Virus record (IMG/VR): IMGVR_UViG_3300019487_000019
Coordinates: 1-35,923 of that record
Origin: a virus
Strand: one strand, 5' to 3'
DNA: 35,923 nucleotides
Shown here: in pieces, positions 1-7,400 of the stretch
How the letters are laid out: each line of letters opens with the position of its first letter
Position numbering within the stretch: the first letter of the stretch is position 1
Notes under the pieces: model-generated
Databases searched by the model: none
The model's input: only the letters and a program-made list of their open reading frames with translations
What the model was told of the DNA's origin: nothing
Translations under genes and position numbers: made by a program

Positions 1-2
1 AG

Positions 3-526
3 AAGATCATCAAGCAGGTTCTCGACGTCGACAAGACGTACGACAACGCCGACCAAGCTCCGCTGGTTGCGCAAGCAGTCGGCGACGAAGCATGGAAGCT
101 CGGCTGCGAGATTCCCGACGTTCCGGAATTCCTGGCACGTTGCGAATTGCGTATCCAGGCATTCATCGCGAATCCAGGAACGCTTTCGTGTTCGCGAAGC
201 CAGACGTCAAGCCCACTGCTCCGACGGAGCTGAAGCAGGTCGCCGCGTCGGTCGATGTCCAGGTTGCCGTCAAGACCGATGGCTCGATCAAGAAGGGTGG
301 CAAGGAAACGCTCACGCAGGCCCTGTACAGGAAGCACTGCCTCGAGGCAACGACGTCGCTGACGCAGCAGGAATTCATCGCTCTCGTGATCAAAGAAGTC
401 GGGCTGAGCAAACCGTGTGCTACCACGTACACGTACAACTGCAAGACGAAGCTCGGTGAACCTGTCGGTGGTCTGCCGAAGTCGAACAAGGGTCGGAAGG
501 CTGCTCCGAAGACCGACGCGGAGTAA
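3..526 (+). CDS. 5'-truncated phage hypothetical protein with an apparent 1-nt frameshift near 175-181; C-terminus may be HTH-like
   Basis: Frame 3 is open from the window edge (KIIKQVLDVDK...FIANP) and continues naturally into ORF 92..526 (NAFVFAKPD...QQEFIALVIKEVGLSKPCATTYTYN). Confidence 0.55.
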   Translation, partial: DHQAGSRRRQDVRQRRPSSAGCASSRRRSMEARLRDSRRSGIPGTLRIAYPGIHRESRNAFVFAKPDVKPTAPTELKQVAASVDVQVAVKTDGSIKKGGKETLTQALYRKHCLEATTSLTQQEFIALVIKEVGLSKPCATTYTYNCKTKLGEPVGGLPKSNKGRKAAPKTDAE

Positions 527-549
527 TTCCTAGTAAACATAGAGGCGCT

Positions 550-645
550 ATGTGGTGGCTAGTTCTCATCGTTGCAATCTGGCTGCTGTTGAGTGGGCGA
601 GGTGGGGCAGCTGTCCTGCTGTTCATCGCCTGGTTCTTCGGTTGA
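550..645 (+). CDS. 31-aa hydrophobic membrane microprotein
   Basis: Hand translation MWWLVLIVAIWLLLSGRGGAAVLLFIAWFFG*, preceded by AGAGG; below the ORF-track cutoff. Confidence 0.6.
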   Translation: MWWLVLIVAIWLLLSGRGGAAVLLFIAWFFG

Positions 646-670
646 TCGGTTTCCCAAACCGAGGGAGAAT
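642..670 (+). promoter_or_regulatory. sigma70-like early promoter P1
   Basis: TTGATC-17 nt-GAGAAT; spacer hairpin TCGGTTT-CCC-AAACCGA; ATG at 677, 6 nt after the -10. Confidence 0.65.
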
Positions 671-676
671 GTCTCC

Positions 677-921
677 ATGACAAAACGAGCCCTTCTGCGC
701 GTGGTGAACGCGCACTTCGATCAACACTACCGGTGACATCGTCACCGAGTCCAGCCGCGAGCGCATCTCGAACTTCGGTGCCGTCGACTGGAAGGGTGGG
801 CCACAAGACGTGCTCGAACAGGTCAATGCTTGCCTTCGTGAGGCCAAAGCCGGCATGGAATTCCGTGGCTACGGCGACGACCAATACTATTTTCTCACCG
901 ATCGAGGTCAAGCACAAATGA
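677..921 (+). pseudogene. Hypothetical gene broken by two apparent 1-nt insertions (~725, ~900); may be an assembly error
   Basis: MTKRALLRVVNAHFDQ / TTGDIVTESSRERISNFGAVDWKGG...DQYYFLT / IEVKHK* joins across three frames and ends in an ATGA overlap with 918. Confidence 0.45.
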
Positions 922-1117
922 ATGCAAAGGAACTCCGCATGAGAAGGAAAGAAGTGGGCGAGACAGTCCTGGAGATGCAACGTCTCCTTAATCGCCTTCA
1001 CGCCGAAGTGTTCAATCCAGACTCGAAGCCGTGAGGTGGACAAGGCGCGGATAAAGCTGCTCCGCCAGCTCGTTCAGATCATGTGAACAGGTGGCACCTT
1101 CAACGGTGAACACCTGA
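918..1117 (+). pseudogene. Hypothetical gene with apparent 1-nt insertion(s) (~1030, possibly ~1084)
   Basis: MNAKELRMRRKEVGE...FNPDSK / REVDKARIKLLRQLVQIM / (EQVAPSTVNT*); GAGG RBS upstream. Confidence 0.4.
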
Positions 1118-1127
1118 GAAGTCAACG

Positions 1128-1156
1128 TTGTACGATTTGGGTAAATGTGAGATAGT
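1128..1156 (+). promoter_or_regulatory. sigma70-like early promoter P2
   Basis: TTGTAC-17-GATAGT; spacer contains TTTGGGTAAA. Confidence 0.5.
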
Positions 1157-1184
1157 GTTCCTGTCGTTCAACGAAGGAGCTGAA

Positions 1185-1697
1185 ATGCCCATCTGCAACA
1201 CGCAAGCCGAGTTCATCGACTTCCTCAAAGGTCTGAACGCAGCAGGCGACATCATGCTGACCGCGAAGACGCCGGTGATCATGCGCAAGAAAGGCAATCC
1301 GTACAAAGGTGCAGTCAAGGTACAAGCCGTCAAGGTGGCCATCAACGAAGACTACCAAGGCCAAGTGAATCACCGTCGTTTCATGGAAGACAAGGCCGTC
1401 GACTTCGTGGCGGAAGGTCTGAAGTGGGGTACGTGCGACGACAACATTATCGTCGAGCACAAGGGCAAGACGTACGTGAAGACGATCCTGCTCACACCTG
1501 ACCGTGAAGCATTGTACATGGTCGACAACCGCATCATCACGTACGATGACCTCAAGCCTTTCCTTCGTGTGCCCACCGCTTCCAAGAAGCAACGACTCGA
1601 TCAAGAAGTCAAGGTGCGGACGTTCACGGTCGACAACGTGGTCGCGGCGACCATCGGCGATCTGATCCTCTACTCCAATCCGAACGCCGAGCTGTAG
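1185..1697 (+). CDS. Phage hypothetical protein (170 aa)
   Basis: ORF 1128..1697; ATG 1185 follows a GAAGGAG RBS. Confidence 0.8.
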   Translation: MPICNTQAEFIDFLKGLNAAGDIMLTAKTPVIMRKKGNPYKGAVKVQAVKVAINEDYQGQVNHRRFMEDKAVDFVAEGLKWGTCDDNIIVEHKGKTYVKTILLTPDREALYMVDNRIITYDDLKPFLRVPTASKKQRLDQEVKVRTFTVDNVVAATIGDLILYSNPNAEL

Positions 1698-1704
1698 ACA
1701 ACAG

Positions 1705-1736
1705 TTGGCATTCTCCCAGATATCTGGGAGAATGCC
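1705..1736 (+). promoter_or_regulatory. Early promoter P3 lying in a perfect 30-bp palindrome
   Basis: TTGGCA-17-GAGAAT; GGCATTCTCCCAGATATCTGGGAGAATGCC (1707-1736) is its own reverse complement. Confidence 0.75.
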
Positions 1737-1760
1737 TCCATTGCAACCAAGGGCTTAGCC

Positions 1761-2250
1761 ATGACCAAGAAAGTGACGCTTTCCAAGCAAGAACTCGAAG
1801 TGGCACGGGCCGCGCTCGAGATGTTTCACGCTGCGACGCTTGACGCTCTGAAAGAGGATCTCACGGCGAAAGAACGCAAAAGAGATGAACGCACAAGTTG
1901 ACGCTTGTGAGACGTTGAACAAGCCCCACATGAACGAAGTTCTCGAGAAGTTCATCGACCAAGAAGACCTGCATCGCAACGAAGGCGCCAAAGGCGTCCA
2001 GAACCTGTGCCAGCTCGTCCGCGCGATGGGCTACAAGGACCCGATGTACTTCGGGCAGTTCACCCCGACGGCTTCGTTGGGCGACCTGATCTGCTTTCTC
2101 GAAGACAACCCCGGCGCCATCACCGCGATTCACGACTTCATCAGCACGGAGATGACCGACGAGTGGGAACAGTCGCTCCGTGATGAGCTGCACGTCGAGG
2201 TCGGCCTGGGCGAAGACGAAGAAGACGACTTTTTCGAGGTGCAGTACTAA
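1761..2250 (+). CDS. Hypothetical protein with acidic tail; apparent extra A in the run at 1878-1881
   Basis: MTKKVTLSKQELE...AKERK joins EMNAQVDACE...FFEVQY (ORF 1885..2250) if one A is removed. Confidence 0.55.
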
Positions 2251-2254
2251 AAGG

Positions 2255-2290
2255 GTTGGCATTTTCCCAGATCTATGGGAGAATGCCAAC
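2255..2290 (+). promoter_or_regulatory. Early promoter P4, near-palindromic copy of P3
   Basis: TTGGCA-17-GAGAAT; inverted arms GTTGGCATT/AATGCCAAC and TCCCA/TGGGA. Confidence 0.75.
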
Positions 2291-2293
2291 ATC

Positions 2294-2797
2294 ATGAAGG
2301 AGATCTTTCGCAACGAGCAGGTTCTCGACGCGGTCCAGTTCCGGATGGAGCGAATCGCGTTGATCGAGGAGCGGCAGTGGGGCCGTCCGAGTTTTCCCTC
2401 ACCGGGCTGGTCGGGCGGTGAGCTGACGCCACAAGAGCTCGACGAGGTCGCTCGGCTCAACCAACAGATCGTGTATCTGGCGGGTGTGCTGTCGAACGAC
2501 GACGGCAAGGGTCCTCATCCACGGATTGTGTGCGCATGGCACATCAAGGTGCTCATTCACCTGCTTCAGGCCAATAAAGTCGGTGCAATCAAGGAAGTCC
2601 GTATGCAAGTTAACCTAGGCCTCAAAGAGGCGAAAGATGTCATCGACGTCTTTGTCAATCGCTTGCTCGATGCCGGCGCAACGCTGTCGGATGGCAAACG
2701 GACACTCGAGCGCTACCTTCCAGAGCCGGAGTTCTACGTCAACGCTTCAGTTGAGGAGGACACCTTAGCCGCATTGATGCTCGCTGCTGGGCTGTAG
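2294..2797 (+). CDS. Protein containing a ribosomal protein L7/L12 C-terminal-domain-like motif
   Basis: NKVGAIKEVRMQVNLGLKEAKDVID matches the bL12 CTD signature K..IK.VR...LGLKEAK..V; ATG directly after P4. Confidence 0.7.
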   Translation: MKEIFRNEQVLDAVQFRMERIALIEERQWGRPSFPSPGWSGGELTPQELDEVARLNQQIVYLAGVLSNDDGKGPHPRIVCAWHIKVLIHLLQANKVGAIKEVRMQVNLGLKEAKDVIDVFVNRLLDAGATLSDGKRTLERYLPEPEFYVNASVEEDTLAALMLAAGL

Positions 2798-2799
2798 TG

Positions 2800-2828
2800 T
2801 TGTCGATTTGGGGAATTCCGCGTATTAT
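2800..2828 (+). promoter_or_regulatory. sigma70-like early promoter P5
   Basis: TTGTCG-17-TATTAT; shares GTATTATACCCTCAT with P8; ATG at 2835 appears leaderless. Confidence 0.7.
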
Positions 2829-2834
2829 ACCCTC

Positions 2835-3080
2835 ATGTTAAAGACAGCCAAACAGATCGGCGAGCTCGCCAAGCAGATGGGCCTGCCGGTCATCTCGACC
2901 GCCGAACCCAACGACCAGACCGATGGTGAGGTACTCATTACCGACAAGGTGCACCTCCAAGTCGGGTTCGACTACCTGATCTGCGTCGTAAGTGATCGCC
3001 GAGGAAGCCAGCGCTACGGCACCACACGACCGATGCAGCAAGCTATCAACGTTATCGCCGAAGCAAAGAGCGCCCTGTGA
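2835..3080 (+). CDS. Phage hypothetical protein
   Basis: ORF 2808..3080, ATG at 2835; stop overlaps the next start. Confidence 0.75.
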   Translation: MLKTAKQIGELAKQMGLPVISTAEPNDQTDGEVLITDKVHLQVGFDYLICVVSDRRGSQRYGTTRPMQQAINVIAEAKSAL

Positions 3081-3517
3081 ACGAAGCAGCTGCCGTATTG
3101 TTCGCCGCTGCAATTCAGTTCGGTGGCTACACCGACCACTGCAAGCAGAACGAATGCAAGCCCCCCGCTAGAATACTAGTAGACGCTCATGTGGCACAGC
3201 AAGTGGCGCCGGGCAAGAATGGTTGGTACAACCAGGGCAATGCTTATGTCCGTGAGCGGAGCCCTCAAGGGATGGAGTTCACAACGTTCCACGAGTACAT
3301 CCATCATCTCCAGTCGCTCTCGAACCGGTACCAACAATACCGCGGTGTCTGCAACAAGTGGTTGGCCGAGAAAGAAGCCTACGAAGCCACGAACGCGTAT
3401 GCTCAGACTAAGGGCTACCAGGTTCGCTACGAGCACGCACTGGCGCCCTATGAGCAGAAGTGCAAAGCGGCCGTCGCAGCTGGGCTAGTTAAAGATCCCG
3501 CGACGTACACGAAATGA
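3077..3517 (+). CDS. Putative exported HEXXH zinc-metallopeptidase-like protein
   Basis: Hydrophobic N-terminus; FHEYIHHLQ followed by E..AY (AEKEAYE). Confidence 0.55.
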   Translation: MNEAAAVLFAAAIQFGGYTDHCKQNECKPPARILVDAHVAQQVAPGKNGWYNQGNAYVRERSPQGMEFTTFHEYIHHLQSLSNRYQQYRGVCNKWLAEKEAYEATNAYAQTKGYQVRYEHALAPYEQKCKAAVAAGLVKDPATYTK

Positions 3518-3822
3518 AAGCAAGGTTCGGTGTCCTGCACTATGACGATGACCTGATGGTCATTGAGGACCTTCAGGCAGGCTACCGTGAGTCGCTGGAC
3601 GACCAAACTCGACGGCTCCTCAACCCGTCGCTCATCACTAATGATGCGGCCGCCGTGGTGAACCACATCGTGCTTCACCATCACCTAGGCAAGCGTCGGC
3701 TGTTCTACGTGGACACAGAAGGCGACATCGATGAGCTTGAGGTCAAAGACGGCAAGTTTCATCGCTTCGGCGTGTTCAGGATGCGCAGCCTCGAGGAAGT
3801 GATTGCCGAAGTCAAGGGTTGA
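3514..3822 (+). CDS. Phage hypothetical protein
   Basis: ORF track; ATGA overlap with the previous gene. Confidence 0.75.
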   Translation: MKARFGVLHYDDDLMVIEDLQAGYRESLDDQTRRLLNPSLITNDAAAVVNHIVLHHHLGKRRLFYVDTEGDIDELEVKDGKFHRFGVFRMRSLEEVIAEVKG

Positions 3823-3859
3823 CTCGTTTGGCAATATGACGTATGATGCTTCCATCATA
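3819..3859 (+). promoter_or_regulatory. sigma70-like early promoter P6
   Basis: TTGACT-17-TATGAT; the -10 lies in inverted repeat TATGATG/CATCATA; spacer TTTGGCAA. Confidence 0.75.
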
Positions 3860-3870
3860 GAGTGGAGAGC

Positions 3871-4242
3871 ATGAAAATGGCAATGCTGACTCGTGAAGAC
3901 CTGCAACTGCTGATCGACGGTTCGTTCGGTCCTGCAGGCGAAGTCACGAACAAGACACGCTTGGTTATCGGCCGGGCCCTCGTCGTTCTGTTCAAGAACC
4001 AGACCGCCACCGAGAAGCAAGTGAACACCACGCAGGAGCATAACAACATCGGCTTCACCGGGGCAGATGCCTGGGGTGGAAGCCTGACCGCGAAGTACTT
4101 CATCAAGCACGGGACCTTGCTTGACTGGCAGGTGCTCCGGTGGACGAAGAACTGCAAGAACGGCCAGTCTCGGCTTACCAAGTACTGGAAGCAACTCAAC
4201 GAAGCTGCCAAAGCGAAAGCACGGGCAGAACTCGAGGTGTGA
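3871..4242 (+). CDS. Phage hypothetical protein
   Basis: ORF 3862..4242; GGAG RBS before ATG 3871. Confidence 0.8.
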   Translation: MKMAMLTREDLQLLIDGSFGPAGEVTNKTRLVIGRALVVLFKNQTATEKQVNTTQEHNNIGFTGADAWGGSLTAKYFIKHGTLLDWQVLRWTKNCKNGQSRLTKYWKQLNEAAKAKARAELEV

Positions 4243-4245
4243 ACC

Positions 4246-4560
4246 ATGGGTATCGTCTACACGAAGCTGCCCAAGGGCGCGTACAAGCAACCGAAGCGGG
4301 ACACCTCGTTCCGCCCGTACAAGCCCGACGTCAACCCCCTCCTCGCCGCTCACCAGGCTCAGATGGCTACGATGCCTAGCAAAGACAATGGTGGCGTCGC
4401 GTTGGTCGCCCAGCCGAAGTCGTACGAAGACCCGGAGCTCGCCAAGCGCGAACTCGAAGCACGCACCCGAGTTCATACTGTTGCTCCCATCTGCAATAAG
4501 GGAGGCTATCAGCTGATCACCGCTGAAGAAGACCTGAAGACAGTGGGGCGCAAGGTATGA
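4246..4560 (+). CDS. Phage hypothetical protein
   Basis: ORF track; tight operon packing; C-terminal VAPICNKGGYQLI. Confidence 0.75.
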   Translation: MGIVYTKLPKGAYKQPKRDTSFRPYKPDVNPLLAAHQAQMATMPSKDNGGVALVAQPKSYEDPELAKRELEARTRVHTVAPICNKGGYQLITAEEDLKTVGRKV

Positions 4561-4646
4561 AGGCATGGGTTTGGGTCTACGCGCTGGCGCTCGCGATCGC
4601 AATCGTGTTGATCCGAGTGCTTGAAAGCGGTATGGTCTTACCTTAG
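4557..4646 (+). CDS. 29-aa membrane microprotein
   Basis: MKAWVWVYALALAIAIVLIRVLESGMVLP*; ATGA overlap. Confidence 0.5.
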   Translation: MKAWVWVYALALAIAIVLIRVLESGMVLP

Positions 4647-4683
4647 CCGAACGCAGTACAACCCAGCAGAGGAGTATTATCCG

Positions 4684-4857
4684 ATGAAGCTGAATGGTCT
4701 CAGAAAGCAACTCCGCCAGAAGGAAGCTGCCGAGCGCAACGCACGGTGGGCCGCCCTCACTCCGCAACAGCAGCTCGCCCATCTCGACACGTACGGACTG
4801 ATAGCCGCTCGCCAACGTGCGAAGATCCAGGCGCGGATCGCGAAGGAAGCCAAATGA
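4684..4857 (+). CDS. Small basic helical protein
   Basis: GAGGAG RBS; MKLNGLRKQLRQKEAAERNARW... Confidence 0.7.
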   Translation: MKLNGLRKQLRQKEAAERNARWAALTPQQQLAHLDTYGLIAARQRAKIQARIAKEAK

Positions 4858-5030
4858 GCAAGATGACAATGCAGATCGTCGATCTGGCTCTCGCGTTCGG
4901 TGGCCTGTTTGTCCTGGTCGAAGCGGGCTGCAACGCCTACGTGGCCGCTGGTGTCATCGTCGTCATTTCGCTGTGGAACTACTACTACGGCGGTGAACGC
5001 GTCGTTCAGATCCTTCACGGTAGGCCGTAG
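4854..5030 (+). CDS. Small membrane protein
   Basis: ATGA overlap; two hydrophobic segments. Confidence 0.65.
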   Translation: MSKMTMQIVDLALAFGGLFVLVEAGCNAYVAAGVIVVISLWNYYYGGERVVQILHGRP

Positions 5031-5035
5031 GGTTC

Positions 5036-5317
5036 ATGGCAATCATTTCCAAACACCAACTCAAGCGTGAGCACCGCGACCTGGTCGCAGCTGCCGCCGC
5101 ACACAACTTCGACGCCGCAGCCCAGAAGGTGTGGGCTGCGACCGACCTCGACACGAAGAAGCGCTTGGTGAACGAGCTGATGCTCGAGCACTTCAAGTAC
5201 AAGGACAAGGTCGATGCGTTCAAGCTGAAGCTCCAAGGGCTGCAGAAGCTTCAGCAGGTCGACAAGATGGCTGCGGACATCGTGCTGTACCAAAGCGGCA
5301 ACATGGTGCTCCGATGA
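5036..5317 (+). CDS. Phage hypothetical protein
   Basis: ORF track; G/C-ending codon bias like its neighbours. Confidence 0.75.
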   Translation: MAIISKHQLKREHRDLVAAAAAHNFDAAAQKVWAATDLDTKKRLVNELMLEHFKYKDKVDAFKLKLQGLQKLQQVDKMAADIVLYQSGNMVLR

Positions 5318-5514
5318 GCGAACTCGAACACGAACAAGAGCGCGAAGACGGTATCCAGGCGATCATCGCCCTACAAGCAGTCGTTGGCATCGAGGAGACG
5401 TACTCCGTGGCTGCCAGCAACTGGGACAGATTTACCCCGGAGGAGAAACGCAGCACGATGGCTTGGGCGAAGTTCTTGCACTCCAAGGAGCAAGGTGCCA
5501 ACGTTCTAGGTTGA
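5314..5514 (+). CDS. Phage hypothetical protein
   Basis: 3' part of ORF 5131..5514 from ATG 5314; ATGA overlap. Confidence 0.65.
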   Translation: MSELEHEQEREDGIQAIIALQAVVGIEETYSVAASNWDRFTPEEKRSTMAWAKFLHSKEQGANVLG

Positions 5515-5546
5515 CCCTATTGCCAAACCAGTATAATATGGCAATA
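5511..5546 (+). promoter_or_regulatory. sigma70-like early promoter P7
   Basis: TTGACC with TATAAT (15-nt spacer) or TAATAT (17-nt spacer); inverted repeat TATTGCCA/TGGCAATA; leaderless ATG 5546. Confidence 0.7.
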
Positions 5547-5776
5547 TGGACCAAATCGCGAAGCCAACTCTCGACGATGCAGTCGCCTACCTGAGACGCG
5601 TCGCTCCTCAGTTCACCTGGTTCCACAAAGACCACATGATCTGGGATCAGGAAGGCGACAACCATCCGGCGGTCTTTGCTCACGAAGAAGACCTGCACTG
5701 GTGCAAGCGAGACAAGAAGGGCCTTCCGGTCGTCGGAGCTCGCGGCACACCACTCTGGATCTTTCCAGGGCGTTGA
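5546..5776 (+). CDS. Phage hypothetical protein
   Basis: ORF track; lies between promoters P7 and P8. Confidence 0.7.
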   Translation: MDQIAKPTLDDAVAYLRRVAPQFTWFHKDHMIWDQEGDNHPAVFAHEEDLHWCKRDKKGLPVVGARGTPLWIFPGR

Positions 5777-5809
5777 CCATTTGGCTAAATGAGGGTATTA
5801 TACCCTCAT
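5773..5809 (+). promoter_or_regulatory. sigma70-like early promoter P8
   Basis: TTGACC-17-TATTAT; the -10 is centred in ATGAGGGTA-TTA-TACCCTCAT; spacer TTTGGCTAAA. Confidence 0.75.
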
Positions 5810-5828
5810 CGTGATTGATGGAGCTGAC

Positions 5829-6107
5829 ATGAGCTACGTGATCTACAACAAAGCGACGACGGTCCTCCTGACCAAGAACCACTACGAAACCGAGCGCGCT
5901 GCGAAGGCTGGCCTGACTCGCGAGGCGAAGAAGCAGGCGATCCTGACCAGCGACTACGACATCGCCGACTCGAAGACGTTCTACGACACGATCGAGCTGA
6001 AGGAGACCCGTCACGGGATCGCCGGCTCGACGGGCAAGGAATTCGAAGTCGGAGTGAACACTCCCTGGACGAGCGGTCCGTGGAGCGAAACATACTGGAG
6101 CAGCTGA
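5829..6107 (+). CDS. Phage hypothetical protein
   Basis: GGAG RBS; ends NTPWTSGPWSETYWSS. Confidence 0.8.
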   Translation: MSYVIYNKATTVLLTKNHYETERAAKAGLTREAKKQAILTSDYDIADSKTFYDTIELKETRHGIAGSTGKEFEVGVNTPWTSGPWSETYWSS

Positions 6108-6108
6108 G

Positions 6109-6351
6109 ATGGGAGCGAAACGCATACTGTACTTCGTGTCGTACTTCGGGATCGACCCGGTCGAAGTCCTCGACGAGAAGTCCCCGGAGGTGCTGATCCG
6201 ATTCGAAGACGGCCAGGAGGTGTGGGAGCTCACGAGCTGCCTGTTCACCGACAAGGCTGCCGCCGAAGCGGACCACAAGGAGCAGGTGCGCCGCGTGGGG
6301 AAGATGGGCGCGTCGTCGACGTGCAACTCAATGGTGAAGGCTCCGGAATGA
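6109..6351 (+). CDS. Phage hypothetical protein
   Basis: ORF track; operon packing. Confidence 0.7.
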   Translation: MGAKRILYFVSYFGIDPVEVLDEKSPEVLIRFEDGQEVWELTSCLFTDKAAAEADHKEQVRRVGKMGASSTCNSMVKAPE

Positions 6352-6611
6352 AGGGCGTCGCCATCCAGCACATCATGATGACGGAGTTCCCGGGCATCAA
6401 GAGCTCGTTCTGCACCGCCACGATGGAAGATGGGTCATCTCTCACCGTGCACGAGAACGATGTCGACGCGGTGATGAAGGGCGAGTACGAGCCCTCAAAG
6501 CCGAAGAAGGTGAAGGCGGCGAAGGGCAAGAAGAAGGCACGGAAGGAAAGCAAAGATGAAGCTGATAGTCCTCAACGCGAAGATGTCGAGCCAGGTGGCT
6601 CCACAGACTGA
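6348..6611 (+). CDS. Hypothetical protein with Lys-rich tail
   Basis: ATGA overlap at 6348 within ORF 6222..6611. Confidence 0.65.
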   Translation: MKGVAIQHIMMTEFPGIKSSFCTATMEDGSSLTVHENDVDAVMKGEYEPSKPKKVKAAKGKKKARKESKDEADSPQREDVEPGGSTD

Positions 6612-7053
6612 AGGTCTGGGGCGCACCGTCGCCCTCCGCGTCACGAGCTACCCGGCACACATCGCCCACAAGTACCGGGAGCAGTTCGCCTCGGTGCTTG
6701 AGCTGCGCTTCTGCGACGTCGAGCGGACCGACTCGAACCATGCCGAGATAGGGATCAATGAGGGGCACGCAAAGGAGATTGTCTCCTGGGTGCGTGCGAA
6801 TGCCGACGCGGACACGATGATCATCAACTGTGATGCTGGCTTCAGTCGGAGCCCCGCGATGGCACTTGCCGTAGCGGACATCCTCGGGCTCCCCGACGAG
6901 GGGCGGAAGCTCCGGGAGCTCGCAGCCCGGGGCGTCTATGCTCCCAACCGGACCGTGTACGACTACCTAGTCGACGCAGCGGGGCTCCGGGCGCAGCGGC
7001 AGGCGGACCTCGAGGAGGTCTTTAGCATCCCGTCGCGCCGGGGGTTCATATAG
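6556..7053 (+). CDS. Protein-tyrosine/dual-specificity phosphatase-like protein
   Basis: CX5R loop INCDAGFSRS; upstream LRFCD and downstream PN motifs typical of small predicted PTPs. Confidence 0.8.
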   Translation: MKLIVLNAKMSSQVAPQTEGLGRTVALRVTSYPAHIAHKYREQFASVLELRFCDVERTDSNHAEIGINEGHAKEIVSWVRANADADTMIINCDAGFSRSPAMALAVADILGLPDEGRKLRELAARGVYAPNRTVYDYLVDAAGLRAQRQADLEEVFSIPSRRGFI

Positions 7054-7166
7054 GCCGGTTGCAGATTCCGGAATGCGCCCGCGGTGCCCCCGGTAAGCAT
7101 AATCTATATAACGCGCATGGGGGGCCCCTGAGGGATACGAGGGGGTGTTTTTATATACCGGTCTTG

Positions 7167-7300
7167 AGATTTTTCAAGCCAGTTTCACAGTTAAGCCCGG
7201 TTTCCTAAAACAACAAATTTTTTCTAGATTTTCCAAGCCAGGTTTCAAGTCAGAAAGCGATTTTCCTAAAACAACAAATTTTTTTTCTAGAAAAAATTCT
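7167..7300. repeat. Two ~60-bp direct repeats with A/T tracts, ending in a TTTTTTCTAGAAAAAA palindrome
   Basis: Units 7167-7225 and 7226-7288 share AGATTTTyCAAGCCAG..TTTCA and TTTCCTAAAACAACAAATTTTTT. Confidence 0.85.
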
Positions 7301-7400
7301 GCGGGGTAAAAACCGCCCGTGTGGGATTTGGCCTTGTATCATTCAAGGGACAAGTTGATGTATACTGATAGTTAATCTCACCTTTTAGGGGCAATTTTCC

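Noticed and set aside
3685-4869. 394-aa minus-strand ORF and similar antisense ORFs (420..1043, 1861..2508, 5613..6371)
   Set aside because: Shadow ORFs of GC-rich + strand genes that have promoters, RBSs and coupled overlaps; no motifs.
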